IMG/VR virus record: IMGVR_UViG_3300036391_000003
Coordinates: 1-24,718 of that record
Reading direction: 5' to 3' (one strand)
Length of the DNA stretch: 24,718 nt
Source: a virus
Taxonomy: Duplodnaviria > Caudoviricetes
Position numbers and translations under genes: made by a program. Positions 23,644 through 24,718 of this stretch are shown here, one piece after another. The notes beneath the pieces are model-generated. The model worked only from the letters and a program-made list of their open reading frames with translations. It had not been told where the DNA came from and ran no database searches. Position 1 is the stretch's first letter. Each line of letters begins with the position of its first letter.

Positions 23644-24718
23644 TCCGCCGCCTCCAGCGCGAACAGCGGCAAGTCGACCAGGCGCGGCGCAACGATCTCG
23701 GCACGCTCGCGGAAGTTTGCCGCGACCAGCGCCTCCGCCAGTGGCGGGCAGACGCTGTTGCCGCACATGCGGACCTGCGCCGTCTTGGTGATCGGGACGA
23801 TCTCGGCCTCGCCCGGGTCATCCAGGCGCGGGCTGCCGGCCCAGAGCGCGTCGAGCCCCGCGACGCGCATGCCACGGTCGATGATGTAGCTGTCGGGAAA
23901 GCCCTGCGCGCGGAACAGCTCGCGCGGCGAGAGCATCCGCATGCCGATGTCGACGACGAGATAAGGCTCGCCGCCGATCTCGACCGTGACGAGGCCGAAA
24001 CGTGCCTTCGTCGTCGCCGTGTGCAGCGGATCCTGTGCATCCTGCCCGATGGCGGGCCCGTAGTACTTCGACAGGAATGCACGCACCTCGGCCGCATGCA
24101 TGCCGCCGGCGGTAACCGTCTTGATCGGCTTTCCGAGATCGCCTTCGCCGCCCCGTGTGTTGGACGTGTAGGAATGCGAGAGGAACGAGGCCTCGACCAG
24201 TGCCTGCGTGCAGCCCTTCCCGACGATGGTCGAGACCGGCGCCGTCATGGGGTGGCCGACGACGTCGGTGTTGTGCTGCGCCATGAACGCAGCCACCGCC
24301 GCGTGCTTCACCCCGCCGGCGACAACGGTGCCGAGCGGGCGCTCAGGATCGAGGGCGCGAGGCTGCTGCCCCTCCCGCTCGCCATAGCCGGTCTGGACAA
24401 GAGTGCAGCCGATCAGCGCGTTCTGATCCTTCGCCGAGGCGCAGATCGTCGAATGCGGCTCCTGCGCCGAGCGGTTGAGCCCGCCCTGCTGGGCATAGGT
24501 CAGGACCGGCGCGACGAGGCAGACATCGGCCTTGGCCGTGCCGGTGGCGGTCGGCTCGTCAGCCGAGCGGGGCCGCGATTGCCCGGCCCGTCCACCGCAG
24601 CCGACGAGGATCGGAGAGGCCAGGGCAAATCCCGGCGCGCTCGTCATCGTCCGGATAGGCTCTTCCGCCCGCCATGCATTGGGACCGCGCCCCGTGGTCT
24701 TTCCGTTCGCGACGTTGG
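23640..24718 (-). CDS. C5 cytosine DNA methyltransferase, C-terminal part (5' end outside window)
   Basis: Motif IX RMLSPRELFRAQGFPDSY and motif X QVRMCGNSVCPPLAEALV; frame open to window edge. Confidence 0.92.
   Translation of the reverse strand, partial: NVANGKTTGRGPNAWRAEEPIRTMTSAPGFALASPILVGCGGRAGQSRPRSADEPTATGTAKADVCLVAPVLTYAQQGGLNRSAQEPHSTICASAKDQNALIGCTLVQTGYGEREGQQPRALDPERPLGTVVAGGVKHAAVAAFMAQHNTDVVGHPMTAPVSTIVGKGCTQALVEASFLSHSYTSNTRGGEGDLGKPIKTVTAGGMHAAEVRAFLSKYYGPAIGQDAQDPLHTATTKARFGLVTVEIGGEPYLVVDIGMRMLSPRELFRAQGFPDSYIIDRGMRVAGLDALWAGSPRLDDPGEAEIVPITKTAQVRMCGNSVCPPLAEALVAANFRERAEIVAPRLVDLPLFALEAAE

Larger units (their letters stand above)
1..24718 (-). mobile_element. Prophage segment (myovirus-type): replication/methylation genes, lambda-like packaging and head, Mu-like contractile tail; truncated at both ends
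   Basis: About 25 co-oriented minus-strand genes, mostly abutting or overlapping (ATGA/GTGA), in canonical phage order. Confidence 0.96.

Noticed and set aside
21289-23889. 866-aa plus-strand ORF
   Set aside because: Antisense shadow of the helicase-methyltransferase; no recognisable motifs; expected from high-GC codon bias
21022-24718. Host restriction-modification, BREX or DISARM defence locus
   Set aside because: No nuclease or partner defence genes in the window; both genes are coupled into the phage replication operon
1-24718. CRISPR arrays, tRNA/rRNA genes, IS elements, DGR or retron components
   Set aside because: No spaced repeat arrays, cloverleafs, transposase or reverse transcriptase motifs seen by eye

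Overview
The whole window is one minus-strand, GC-rich prophage segment, probably from an alphaproteobacterium; it is truncated at both edges and no att sites, integrase or lysis genes are visible. In transcription order (right to left) it carries a partial C5 cytosine methyltransferase with a repeat-expanded variable region, an SNF2 helicase/N4-N6 methyltransferase fusion, an HTH replication protein with internal iteron-like repeats, and a NusG/RfaH-family paralog. A regulatory leader follows (promoter, ops-like element, intrinsic terminator), then a gpZ-like gene, a lambda-type cos site and small and large (gpA) terminases. The lambda-type head comprises gpW, portal, S49 protease, scaffold, decoration and capsid. 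The Mu-type contractile tail comprises sheath, tube, a chaperone with a -1 frameshift, tape measure, a split DNA-circularization protein and baseplate gp44-gp47. The most notable signal is an apparent late-gene switch in which a NusG paralog and an ops-like site occupy the position of lambda Q/qut/tR'. Second is a cos site that keeps lambda's cosQ sequence and spacing and predicts the 12-nt cohesive end GGTAAGATTGCC. Family assignments come from motif recognition and synteny only; no database searches were run.
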